Assembly: GCA_016748015.1 (NCBI GenBank)
Contig: JAAOMT010000503.1
Location: forward strand, 583,669 to 647,668
DNA from: Geosiphon pyriformis uo1
Taxonomy: Eukaryota; Fungi; Glomeromycota
Length of the DNA: 64,000 nt
Direction: 5' to 3'
Every line of letters begins with the position of its first letter. The stretch's first letter is position 1. The notes beneath the pieces are model-generated. The model was not told the origin of the DNA and searched no databases. It saw only the letters and a list, made by a program, of their open reading frames with translations. The position numbers and the translations under genes were made by a program. This document shows, piece by piece, positions 26,201-36,647 of the stretch.

Positions 26201-28984
26201 AGAGGAGGAACGTGTGACGCAACTTGCCAATACACGATCCTCATCTGTGACTGGGTAAGAGGAGGAATGCCATTCGAAACAGCATTCAACAAAGCGTTAA
26301 AAAGACTACAGCACTACCCACACGACGAGAACAAGTTGTACAATACTGCACAAGCCAAAGTAAAAGGAGGAACTGCCGAAGAAATACAACGTTGGAAAGA
26401 GTCAGCCAAAGTAGCCAACGAAGTCGCCAGCTACAACATGTTCGACCCAGTGAACAAATTCCAGGACTACTACCAAAAACTATGCCCCACTCGACAAGAA
26501 CAAGAACAATACCTCGCCCAAATCAACACTTACCTCTGCGAAAACTGTCTCATCCCATGCCAAAATCAGTGCTGTGAAGAGTGTCAAAACGAAAGAGACT
26601 TAGAAAGAAAAATGGAAATTGAGAATCAGCAGTCTTAAAATCAATCAATAAATCAACAAGACTCACCTGATGGTCCCAAGTCAGAAAAATTTGTAGTCTA
26701 TACTGACCTAGAACAGGTGACCGACATCCAATACTTTGACAACGGGCACTTAAGAATAATACCCAAAAGAGCCCATCCAACCAACGCCAGATTCAATCTA
26801 CGTTATCCGGAAGACCAATCCACAACGTTACCACCCAGAAGCATCACCAAAATTGACCTAAAAATAGCGGTTGAAATTCCGCCAGGAATAATGGTTCAAA
26901 TAACATCATAATCAAGTCTCGCGAAAAAAGGAATAAGCATTCAAGGAGGAGTAATTGACTCTGAATACACTGGAAATTTGATGGTTTTGCTACAGAACAA
27001 TTCAGAAAAGCCTTATACCATTGAATCTAAGGAAAAGATTGCACAAGCAATTTTCCTACCATTGGTAAAAATTGGAAAATTCGTGCCAGTGGAAAATCGT
27101 AAGGAATTGTCACAAACAACGAAAAGAACTTTTGGTTTCGGATTGACAGAAAAAGAAATTGAAGCAAATTTTGCTGAAACAATAGAGGAAAAAGGCAAAG
27201 TAATTAAAAATGAGCGGTCCATCATGCTCCTACCATATGGAAAATCAGAAATAAGAATAAAAAGGACAATTAAAGAAAAAGACCTAATATTTGAGCCCTA
27301 CCCAGAAACTTGCCAACAGTTTCTCATAGGACTTACTAACCTTTTTATTCTAGCTGATAAAGCTTAATGGATAAAAATTCCTATCGCAAACACCACAGAA
27401 GAACCCATCTACATTCCGGAAGATACCATCATTGGATACCTCGGAATGGAGCTAGAAAATGCGTCAACACCATAAGAAATTCTAAATTTCCCAGAAATCA
27501 CCCTCTACTGTGAACTCACTTCAATAGATTGGCAACAACTGTTAGAATGCTATCAATTTATGCCAAAAAAATTGGCCAAATTAAACATTGGAACAATAGA
27601 TCCTGACCAATAGCGACAATTAAAAGCATTAATTTTAAAATACTCTGATATATTTTCAAGAAATGGCAAATTTGGAAGAACCAACTTGGTTCAACACCAA
27701 ATCCCCACTGGAGACACCAGACCTGAAAAACAACGTGCTTACCATGTTCCACCAATAGAGCATAATTTTATTAGAGAAGAAGTCCAAAGCATGTTGGAAA
27801 AAGAAATAATACAACCATCAATGAGCCCATGGTTCTTACCAGTTGTTTTAGTAAGGAAAAAGAACGGAAAAATTAGATTTTGCGTCGATTATCACAAACT
27901 AAACAGCAAAACAACCAAAAACTTATACCCAATACCGTTAATTGACAAAATCTTCGACGTTTTTGGAGGAGCAAAATGGTTTTCTACACTGGACTTGACC
28001 AATGGGTACTGGCAAGTGGAAATGGACCCAAAGGACAGGCATAAAACAGCATTCACAACACAAAATGGCAACTATGAGTTTAATGTAATGCCATTTGGAT
28101 TAACAAACGCTCCTGCGACATTCCAAAGACTAATGGATGTAATTTACTCTGGAATCCTGTGGCAATCTGTTATTGTCTACTTGGATGATACAAATGTTTT
28201 CTCGGCAAAATTCATGGATCATCTCCAACATTTACAACAAGTTTTTGAGAGATTGAGACATGCTGGACTTAAACTAAATCTAGAAAAATGTTTCTTTGGG
28301 AAAAATGAGCTAGCATTTTTAGGACACATAGTTGGAAAAGATGGAATAAAACCAGATCCATTAAAAATAGACAAAGTGAAAAATTTTCCAGTACCTCGAA
28401 ATGTTTCAGAAGTTAGAAGCTTTTTAGGACTTGTATCTTACTACCGCTGCTTTGTAGAAAACTTTTCAAATATCGCCAAACCCCTTAATTACCTACTATC
28501 TAAAAATGTGAAGTTTGAATGGACTAAAGCACAACAAAAAGCTTTTGAGTACCTTAGACAAAAGCTCATTGAATCACCAATAATGATCTATCCGAATTTC
28601 AACAAGAAATTCATTTTGGCCACAGATGCCTCTGGAACTGGACTTGGAGTTATTCTGTCACAAAAAGATGATAATAGAAGAGAACGTGTAATTGTTTATG
28701 TCAGCAGAAATCTCAGTACAGCAGAACAAAACTACGCAGCACATGAACTTGAATGCTTAGCAGTAGTCTGGAGTTGTGTTCACTTTGACACATATTTACA
28801 GTACCAACCCTTTGAGATTACGACAGATCATAGAGGTCTGGTCTGGTTAAATAACAAGAAAGCGCTAAAAGAAAAATATGCCAGATGGTCACAAACATTA
28901 GTACTATATGATTATATTATCAAATACAAAGAAGATACCAAAAATGCTAATGCCGACTGTTTGTCAAGAATGAGACACACATAA
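23276..28984 (+). pseudogene. Element E gag-pol in one frame (gag, CCHC, PR, Cys-rich, dUTPase ~26730-27150, RT, RNase H)
   Basis: All ORF-track pieces from 23276 to 28984 share one frame; CHFCKRVEHLISQC; LILDSGSAGS; GGVIDSEYTG; 432-aa RT-RH piece with YLDD and ATDASG. Confidence 0.94.
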
Positions 28985-29013
28985 AAATCACCAACCCACC
29001 CACCACAACAACA

Positions 29014-30389
29014 ATAAACAACCACCTTTACAAAAATCTCAGCCAATACTTGGAAACACTACAAATAGACGAAGAAATGCCAGTAAAAGAGCCAATTAAG
29101 CTCCAAAAATTAGCAAAACACTATTTCATCCAAAATCACATACTTTATTACTGGAATTGACAAAATCCAAATAATTCATTAAGAGTTATAACCATGGATG
29201 AAAAAGAAACTATCTTATTTAACATGCACTCAGATATTCATTCAGGCCACTTTGGAAAAACAGCAACCATCCAATGTGCAACTAGCCATTACTATTGGCC
29301 AAAAATAAGTTCAGACATAATCCAATACATAAGAAATTGTGACCCATGCCAACGAAGAGGAGGAGCAAAAACAACGGAATTATTAAGACCAATAAAAGTT
29401 GAACAGCCATTTGACAGAATCGGAATTGATTTAGTTGGACTCTTACCAATAACAACAAGAAACAACCGTTATATTGCAGTAGCCATGAATTATCTCACCA
29501 AATGACCAGAAGCTAGAGCTATTAAAACAGCTGATGCTATTTCCGTAGCTCAATTTGTACATGAAGACTTAATTTGCTGACATAGATGTCCACAAGAATT
29601 GCTATCAGATCAGGGCACACACTTTGTAAACAGCATCTTAAAAGAACTTAGCCAAAAATTTGGAATCAAGCAACCACTGTTATCACCATACCACCCTCAA
29701 ACAAATGGATTAGTTGAAAGATTTAATCACACATTATGCGAATCACTGGCGAAAATTAGTAACAAACATGAAAAAGAATGGGATTTGTTTATATCAGCAG
29801 TACTACTAGCATATAGAACAGTAAAACAAGATACTACACAATTCACACCGTTTGAACTAGTTTATGGAAGAAAAACCACATTATCAGTTGAACTTACTAT
29901 CCCAACTTATCCAAGTGACACTATCACGGAAGCAACATTCCAGGAAACACTACTTAGAAGAATATATAAATTAATGGGAACTTTAGAAAACAAAAGAAGA
30001 AAGCACAAAATATTGAACAATCACAAGAACAACAAAAAGTGAGACATGATAACCAGTTACCAGATAATATAATTAGCTACAAAATTGGAGATAAAGTATT
30101 GTTGCATCGTACAAAAATGGAAAAACAGTGGAGTGGAAAATTTGATCACAAGTGGGATGGACCATTTTATATTCATGAAATACTTGGAAATGGAGCATAC
30201 AAGCTAAGACTAGATAATAAAATATTAAGAAAAGCAGCACATGATAACCGGCTGAAATTCTATTACAGTAAATCAGTAATAACAACAAAAACACCCAGAA
30301 TTGGAACACAATTACCTTTAATTCTACCAGAACAAATTCTACGAGATTTAGAACCAATAGTTTTAATTGAACATTATTTGAAAAGATAA
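29014..30389 (+). pseudogene. Element E integrase ORF
   Basis: HSGHF..CDPCQ; GIDLVG; SDQG; NGLVERFN; WDGPF; different frame from RT-RH. Confidence 0.92.
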
Positions 30390-30473
30390 TTAATCTTAGA
30401 TCACAGCAAAAATGATTTAACAACCATAAAAACGCATGCAAAAGATTCCAAAATAGCAGTCAAAATTAAAACA

Positions 30474-30840
30474 ATGATACTTATTCCCGAAAACATCAAC
30501 AATATAACTCAACAATTAGTTGAAAGCTTACAACAATTAAAATCCGATCTAGAAATCACAGTTAATAGCTCCAAAATAACATACATAAAAAGAACAATAG
30601 AAAATCCAAAAACAAGAAAAGAACATAATTTCGAACCATATAATATTGCCAAATATAACAACAAATTTATTAGCAAAGTTATTGAAAAATTAGAGATAGC
30701 ATTGGGCAATACATTAATAATGGAAGAAATAGAAATAAGTGAATTAACACCAGACACATTTAGCAACTTGAAAACGAAATTCCCAATTAATTACTGTTAT
30801 TATCAACTAGGAAAGCACTTGAACATACAAACATTATACT
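30474..30840 (+). pseudogene. Element E ORF3, truncated by the assembly gap
   Basis: MILIPENI...FPINYCYYQLGKHLNIQTLY. Confidence 0.8.
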
Positions 30841-30860
30841 NNNNNNNNNNNNNNNNNNNN
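30841..30860. other. Assembly gap (20 N); the end of E ORF3, its PPT and the first half of its 3' LTR are missing
   Basis: N run; sequence resumes mid-LTR. Confidence 0.98.
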
Positions 30861-31295
30861 AAGTATTAAGAAACTTACTTGTATTATTTATTGAATGAAA
30901 CTATCATTCATCAACTGAATCCCTTGGAAGAATAATCCTTGATCAAAATTATTCACATTGTTACTAATTGATAAAAGCTTTATTGTAAGAATTAGAAAAG
31001 CACTAAAGACCATTAACATTCTGTGTTTCTAGATTAGAGAAACACATTAGGCAATTGCAAGGATAGCCTCAGAGAAGACCCCAGACAGTGGGTAGATTTC
31101 AGTTCAGCCTCTGAGAAGGAGTACATAAACACACACAACAATCGAAGAATAACTTACATCACAACAGTAAAAAGAAAGCCTTCAGTGTAACAGTGACATT
31201 ATCACACAAATAGAATTTAGAAACTCACAAAAGACTGATTGCAATTAAAACGGGATATCAGCAATTAAATATAACAAGAAAACCATCCCGTAACA
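30861..31295 (+). repeat. Element E 3' LTR (partial)
   Basis: Near-identical to ~22759-23193. Confidence 0.92.
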
Positions 31296-32095
31296 ACGGA
31301 TCATAAAGGGTTAACATCACTTTAAAAGCAAAAATTTGATGATGGCCACCAATTCAGATGAAAAATGGCACTATCACAATATACTTATACTATACACTAT
31401 AAGAAAGGAAAAAACAATGGAAATGCTGACAGTTTGTCGCGAATAAGACAAATCTAAGAACATTTCAACCCAAAAATATAACAAAACCAGAACAATACCA
31501 ACGAAAAATAACAAAAAATGAACATACAAAAATATTAACAACTCTAACATTATATAAACACTCAACAGTTCAAGGAAAATTTATCTCAAATAGAACGAAA
31601 AAAGATCAAACAACAATCAAAATATTTTATCACTTACTAAAATATACTTTTATCAAAAAAATAGGAGGGATCTAAATCAGCCAACCAGAGTAATTACAGA
31701 GCCAGAGAAAGAGACAATATTATTCAACATGCACTCAAATCCAACAGCCAGATACTTTCACAAAGAAGCAACCATAGAAAGAACCAAAAAAAGATACTAT
31801 GGGCCATCAATGTATCCAGACAATATCTAATATGTTCAAAATTGTGACACTTGTTAGCAAAGAGGAGGAACAAGACCCAGTGAACCATTAAGACCAATCA
31901 AAGTGGAACAACCATTTGACCAGATTGGAATTGATTTAGTCAGACTATTAACAATCACCAGCAGAGAAAACAGATATATAGCAGTAGCCATGAACTATTT
32001 CACTAAATGGCCAGAGGCAAAAGCAATTCAAAGAGCAGATGCAGAATCTGTTGCCAAATTCGTTCATCAAGATTTTAATTTGTCGACATGGATGT

Positions 32096-33311
32096 TGTTA
32101 CCGGAGGTTTTTGGTCTCTTTTTTGTAATGTTGTTGATACTTATTTGCTGTGAATTCACGTTTTCTGGATGTGGTTGAACCTCCAGTAACTGAATTTATC
32201 TTCAAATTATCTCCTATAATTTGAACTGCTGGGCTTATAAGTGGAATAGCCAATTCCTTGCCAGTTACTTTATGTAGTTACATTGTAGTAAACGTCAACT
32301 CTTTCCCAGGAATTGCTTGTCTGGAAGCTCACTAAAAATGTGTAGTTACTTTGCTGTAAAAGTTAACTCTTCTACAGGAATCNNNNNNNNNNNNNNNNNN
32401 NNNNNNNNNNNNNNNNNNNNNNNNNNNNNNNNNNNNNNNNNNNNNNNNNNNNNNNNNNNNNNNNNNNNNNNNNNNNNNNNNNNNNNNNNNNNNNNNNNNN
32501 NNNNNNNNNNNNNNNNNNNNNNNNNNNNNNNNNNNNNNNNNNNNNNNNNNNNNNNNNNNNNNNNNNNNNNNNNNNNNNNNNNNNNNNNNNNNNNNNNNNN
32601 NNNNNNNNNNNNNNNNNNNNNNNNNNNNNNNNNNNNNNNNNNNNNNNNNNNNNNNNNNNNNNAAAATAAAAGAAATATAAAAGAAATAGAATTTTGTCAA
32701 GGGAAACGTTTTCTATCCAGGCCTGGAGTCACTAACAGTTTACTGAAATTGGTAGCTAATCAATTTCGAAATGTTAGTTGGGTTTTGGGGATTTTCCAAG
32801 TACAATAATTAAAGAATTTGGTTTTTTGAATTATTTGATATTTATTTTTTTTTGTGTGTATAAGAACGGTTTTAAGAGATAAATCTAAAGTAAGATATAT
32901 TTTCTCAAAGAGAGAAGCTCTTCTTTTATACAACTTGTCGTAACACTATTCTATGAACTTGAACTTTGCTATTTTCTACAATTTTGCTGAACTAAAGGTA
33001 CATTTCGGCAAACTACAAGTTATTTCTGCAAACTATTAGATATTTCGGTGAACTATCAATTATTTCGGCGAATTTCTATAAATTTTGGCGAACTTTTGAA
33101 TGTTACATAGTTTGGGGTATTGCATGATTGATCATCGCAATTAGGTTACATTTGTGTTGTGTACAATTTGGGTTATTAATTAAATGATAATTTCGGATAT
33201 TCTTTGCTAATGTAATAAGTAATAATTTGAAATGATAATATATGCTAATTAATGATAGGAATTATAAGATAGTTTCATGCTAAATGATATCTCTAATATT
33301 GTCTGGTAACA
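32096..33311 (-). mobile_element. LTR F (G-type family): solo LTR, or a full element collapsed in the 280-N gap
   Basis: TGTTACCGGAGG...CTGGTAACA; TSD ATGT/ATGT; homologous to 49240-50130 + 56962-57022. Confidence 0.85.
32383..32662. other. Assembly gap (280 N)
   Basis: N run. Confidence 0.98.
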
Positions 33312-34175
33312 ATGTCCAAAAAAATTATTATCAGACCAAGAAACTCATTTTGTGAACAGAACATTAACAGAATTGAGCCAAAGATTCGGAATTAAGAGAC
33401 CATTATCATCACCATACCATCCACAAACCAATGGATTAGTTGAAAAATTCAACATAACATTGTGTAAAGCAATTGCCAAACTCAGCCAAGAAAACCAGAA
33501 CAAATGGAATTTGTTTATATCATCAGTATTATTTGCTTATCAGACAATGAAGCAAGATACTACACAAGCAACACCATTCGAATTAATATATGATAGAACA
33601 GCAACATTGCCAGTAGAGAGAAAAATTAGTACATATCTAGCTGAACCAATAACAGAAGAGAATTTTTAAGAAACATTACTGAAAAAAACATATGAATTAA
33701 TGGAAACATTAGAAAACAAATGAAGAAGAGCAGCTGATAATATTCAAATGTCACAAGAGAAACAGAAAGAAAGACATAATAGTCAACTACTAGACAAACC
33801 AGTTGAATTCAAGATTGGAGACAAAGTACTTTTACATCATACCAAAGTGGAAAAACAATGGAGTGGAAAATTCGACCCCAAATGGGATGAACCATTTCAC
33901 ATAGAAGAAATTCTAGAAAATGGAGCTTACAAATTAAGACTGGATAACAAAATTTTAACCAAAGCAGCACATGGAGATTGACTAAAATCATATCACAACA
34001 TTACACTACCATCTACCAGTAATATTCCACAATTAGGAGTACAGAGAATACTAGTCCAACCAGATGAGATTCCACAAGATCTGAAACCAATAGTTATTAT
34101 TGACAACAACACATTAAATTGATTCAGCAAAAGAATATATAAAGACATGGTAGATGTGACAGGAAATATCAGAAA

Positions 34176-34805
34176 ATAGAAATTACAGACAACATTCACT
34201 CACTAGCACAACAACTCTTTCAATTAATTCAACACCAGGAAATGAAGATTACAATCAATCAACAAACCATTCGATATCAAAATACTAGAAAGACATTGCA
34301 ATCCAGAACACAAAAGAAAACTGAAAATACAGTGGACAAAATCATTGTGAAAGTAAAATTAACAATAAGAGAGTTGACAAAAGAGGCACTATATCAAGAG
34401 TTGACTAAAAAAACTTGGAATTGGTGGATACAACAATTTCCAAGAAACTATTGTTATTTTTACTTGGGACAACACATAAATATTCAGAATCTATATATGG
34501 ATAAAACAAAGTAATTATTCGACAAAAGAATACTACAACAATTAGAACATTTTGTGGAAAAGAACAACTTATCCATACAGGCCTGAGCCATATACCAAAT
34601 ACACACAGCATTTCAGAATAGACCAGAAATATTACTCAACAAAGCAATGGATATGGTTACCAGTAATCAATTGGGAAAGATCACCAATGCTCAATTTGAA
34701 GAATTACAGACCCAAATAACACAAGTAATTCTCGAAAACAAAATCCAGAAAATACTTCAAGAGAGGGAATTAAACGAGTTGGATTTTGACAAAGCTCAAT
34801 ATTAA
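34176..34805 (+). pseudogene. Element B ORF3 (~209 codons)
   Basis: FPRNYCYFYLGQHINIQNLY...DFDKAQY*; TATATAAA at 34136-34143; stop overlaps the PPT. Confidence 0.8.
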
Positions 34806-34818
34806 AAGGAGAGAATAA
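34804..34818 (+). promoter_or_regulatory. Polypurine tract of B
   Basis: AAAAGGAGAGAATAA immediately before the 3' LTR. Confidence 0.85.
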
Positions 34819-35798
34819 TGTTACTCATAGAAATATAGGAAATATATTAGCATGATTAGTAGCCAATCAGAAGTAGGCGTAATAAATGTGGAATTCCAGG
34901 ATTTCATTTAGGAATTGCAGGATTCCAGGAATTTTAAGATTCCCTAACAAGGAATCGCAGGATTCCAGAATTCCAGGATTCTTCTCAAAGGAATCGCAAG
35001 ATTCCAGGAATTCCAGGATTCCTGTTGTGAAAAATTGAGGAATTGAGGAATCTCAATTATGTATATATAGCAGCAGGATTAAAAGCTGAAAAGACAGACC
35101 TCTCAGTGTAGATTAATCTAAGAACAGCTTGGCTATTGAGATGCAAAACCAAAGTGCAGAACAATAGAACACACTCTAGAAACAAAACAACAGCCTACAA
35201 CTCAGCCATAGTAGAAGATCCAAGATCATAAACCCTACTTTCCAATTCCCAATTATCAAATAAATAATTATTTTATATCTCAATCTACTCTCCGCTATCA
35301 ATATGAAGTGTTGATAGTAATTGATACTTAACCACGCTGGAACAATAGCTCTTGATCATGGCTATTGATGAAATACTAACTTACCAAATTGCCTTGACTT
35401 ATCTTCATTGTTATTTTTTTTATTTTATTTCTTTCTTTCTTTAATTCTGTTGTGCCTACTAATTGATTAAGAATTAAAAGTGCTGAGTTATTGACATCAC
35501 GGATAGCCTGGTAAAAGACCCAGAAATAAGGATAGATTTATATATATTATCAGTTAGCTTACCAGAAGGGCACAACTGCCAAAATAAATCCAGCCACTAA
35601 GCTGAGAAAGAAATTGGGAAACAACTGACAACAAATGACAAATCGCCACACTATCGGATCTCTGTCTATTATACAAAAGACTCCATTAAAACCTTCAGAT
35701 ACAACATTTGCAGAATATCATCGACGGAAATAGCTTTTTGAGCACCAAGTTACAGGTTTGTTATTTGACTTGAGACTCCAAATAATTCAACTGTAACA
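34819..35798 (+). repeat. Element B 3' LTR (extra U3 repeats and a ~117-bp foreign insert)
   Basis: Same ends as the 5' LTR; 980 vs 788 bp. Confidence 0.93.
35123..35239 (-). other. LINE RNase H fragment captured inside the B 3' LTR
   Basis: Minus strand reads RVYDLGSSTMAEL*AVVLFLECVLLFCTLVLHLNSQAV, aligning to LINE A VSGLMFSTMIELQTIALALECVPSSHLVDLFLNSQAA; absent from the 5' LTR. Confidence 0.85.
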
Positions 35799-36641
35799 CT
35801 GTTCTACCATATACTAATTCAAATGGTGTTGCTTGTGTAGTGTCTTGTTTCATTGTTCGATAAGCAAATAATACTGATGATATAAACAAATCCCATTCAT
35901 CTTGGTTTTTTTGACTGATTTTGGCAATTGTTTTACACAATGTTCTGTTAAATCTTTCAACTAATCCATTGGTTTGTGGATGGTATGGTGATGACAATGG
36001 TCTTTTAACTCCAAATCTTTGACTTAATTCTGCTAGTGTTCTGTTCACAAAGTGAGTTTTTTTGGACATCCATGTCAACAGATCAAATCTTGATGAACAA
36101 ATTTGGCAATGGATTCTGCATTTGCTCTTTGAATTGCTTTTGCTTTTGACCATCTAGTAAGATAATTCATAGTTACTGCAATATATCTGTTGCTTCTGCT
36201 GGTGATTGTTAATGGTCTGACTAAGTCAATTCCAATGTGATTGAATGGTTGTCCAACTTTGATTGGTCTTAATGGTTCACTGGGTCTTGTTCCTTTTCTT
36301 CTCTGACAAGCATCACAATTTTGAACATATTGGATGATGTCTGGATACATTGATGGCCAATAGTATCTTTTTCTGGTTCTTTTTATGGTTGTTTCTTTAT
36401 GAAAATGTCTTGCTGTTGGGTCCGAATGCATGTTGAATAATATTGTCTCTTTTTCTGGTTCTGTAATTACTCTGGTTAGTTGATCTGTATTTTTTCTGTT
36501 CTTTCAGTAAAGTATATTTTGATGATTGATAAAATATTTTAATTGTTGTTTTATGTTGTTTTGTTTTTTTTGAGATAATTTCTCCTTGAATGATTGAGTA
36601 TTTATATAATGTTGAAGTTGTTAGTATTTTTGTGTATTTAT
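35799..36641 (-). pseudogene. Element C integrase, N-terminal part
   Basis: MHSDPTARHF..CDACQ; GIDLV; NGLVERFN. Confidence 0.9.
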
Positions 36642-36647
36642 GTTTTG

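Larger units (their letters stand above)
22326..31295 (+). mobile_element. Ty3/Gypsy element E (distinct LTR family, least decayed) inserted in the RNase H of B
   Basis: 5' LTR 22326-23193; partial 3' LTR 30861-31295; TSD ACAG/ACGG splitting B codons Y-T-D-H. Confidence 0.92.
31518..34122 (+). pseudogene. Element B integrase ORF, interrupted by F at 32096-33311
   Basis: ATG 31518; GIDLV; RHGC|PKKLLSDQ across F; NGLVEKFN; WDEPF. Confidence 0.9.
15428..35798 (+). mobile_element. Ty3/Gypsy element B inserted in the integrase of C
   Basis: LTRs 15428-16215 and 34819-35798; TSD CTGT/CTGT (15424-15427, 35799-35802); PBS 16218; PPT 34804-34818. Confidence 0.93.

Noticed and set aside
30039-30389. 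Chromodomain at the integrase C-terminus
   Set aside because: IN ends shortly after the GPF module with no chromodomain motif
32317-32808. ORFs spanning the N run
   Set aside because: Artefacts of the assembly gap
34176-34805. ORF3 as an envelope gene
   Set aside because: Only ~210 aa and hydrophilic, with no signal peptide, furin site or TM anchor visible
35490-35798. Roughly 100-codon near-open frame in U5 of the B LTR
   Set aside because: Frame not conserved in C/D, and some stops are shared by both LTRs of an element
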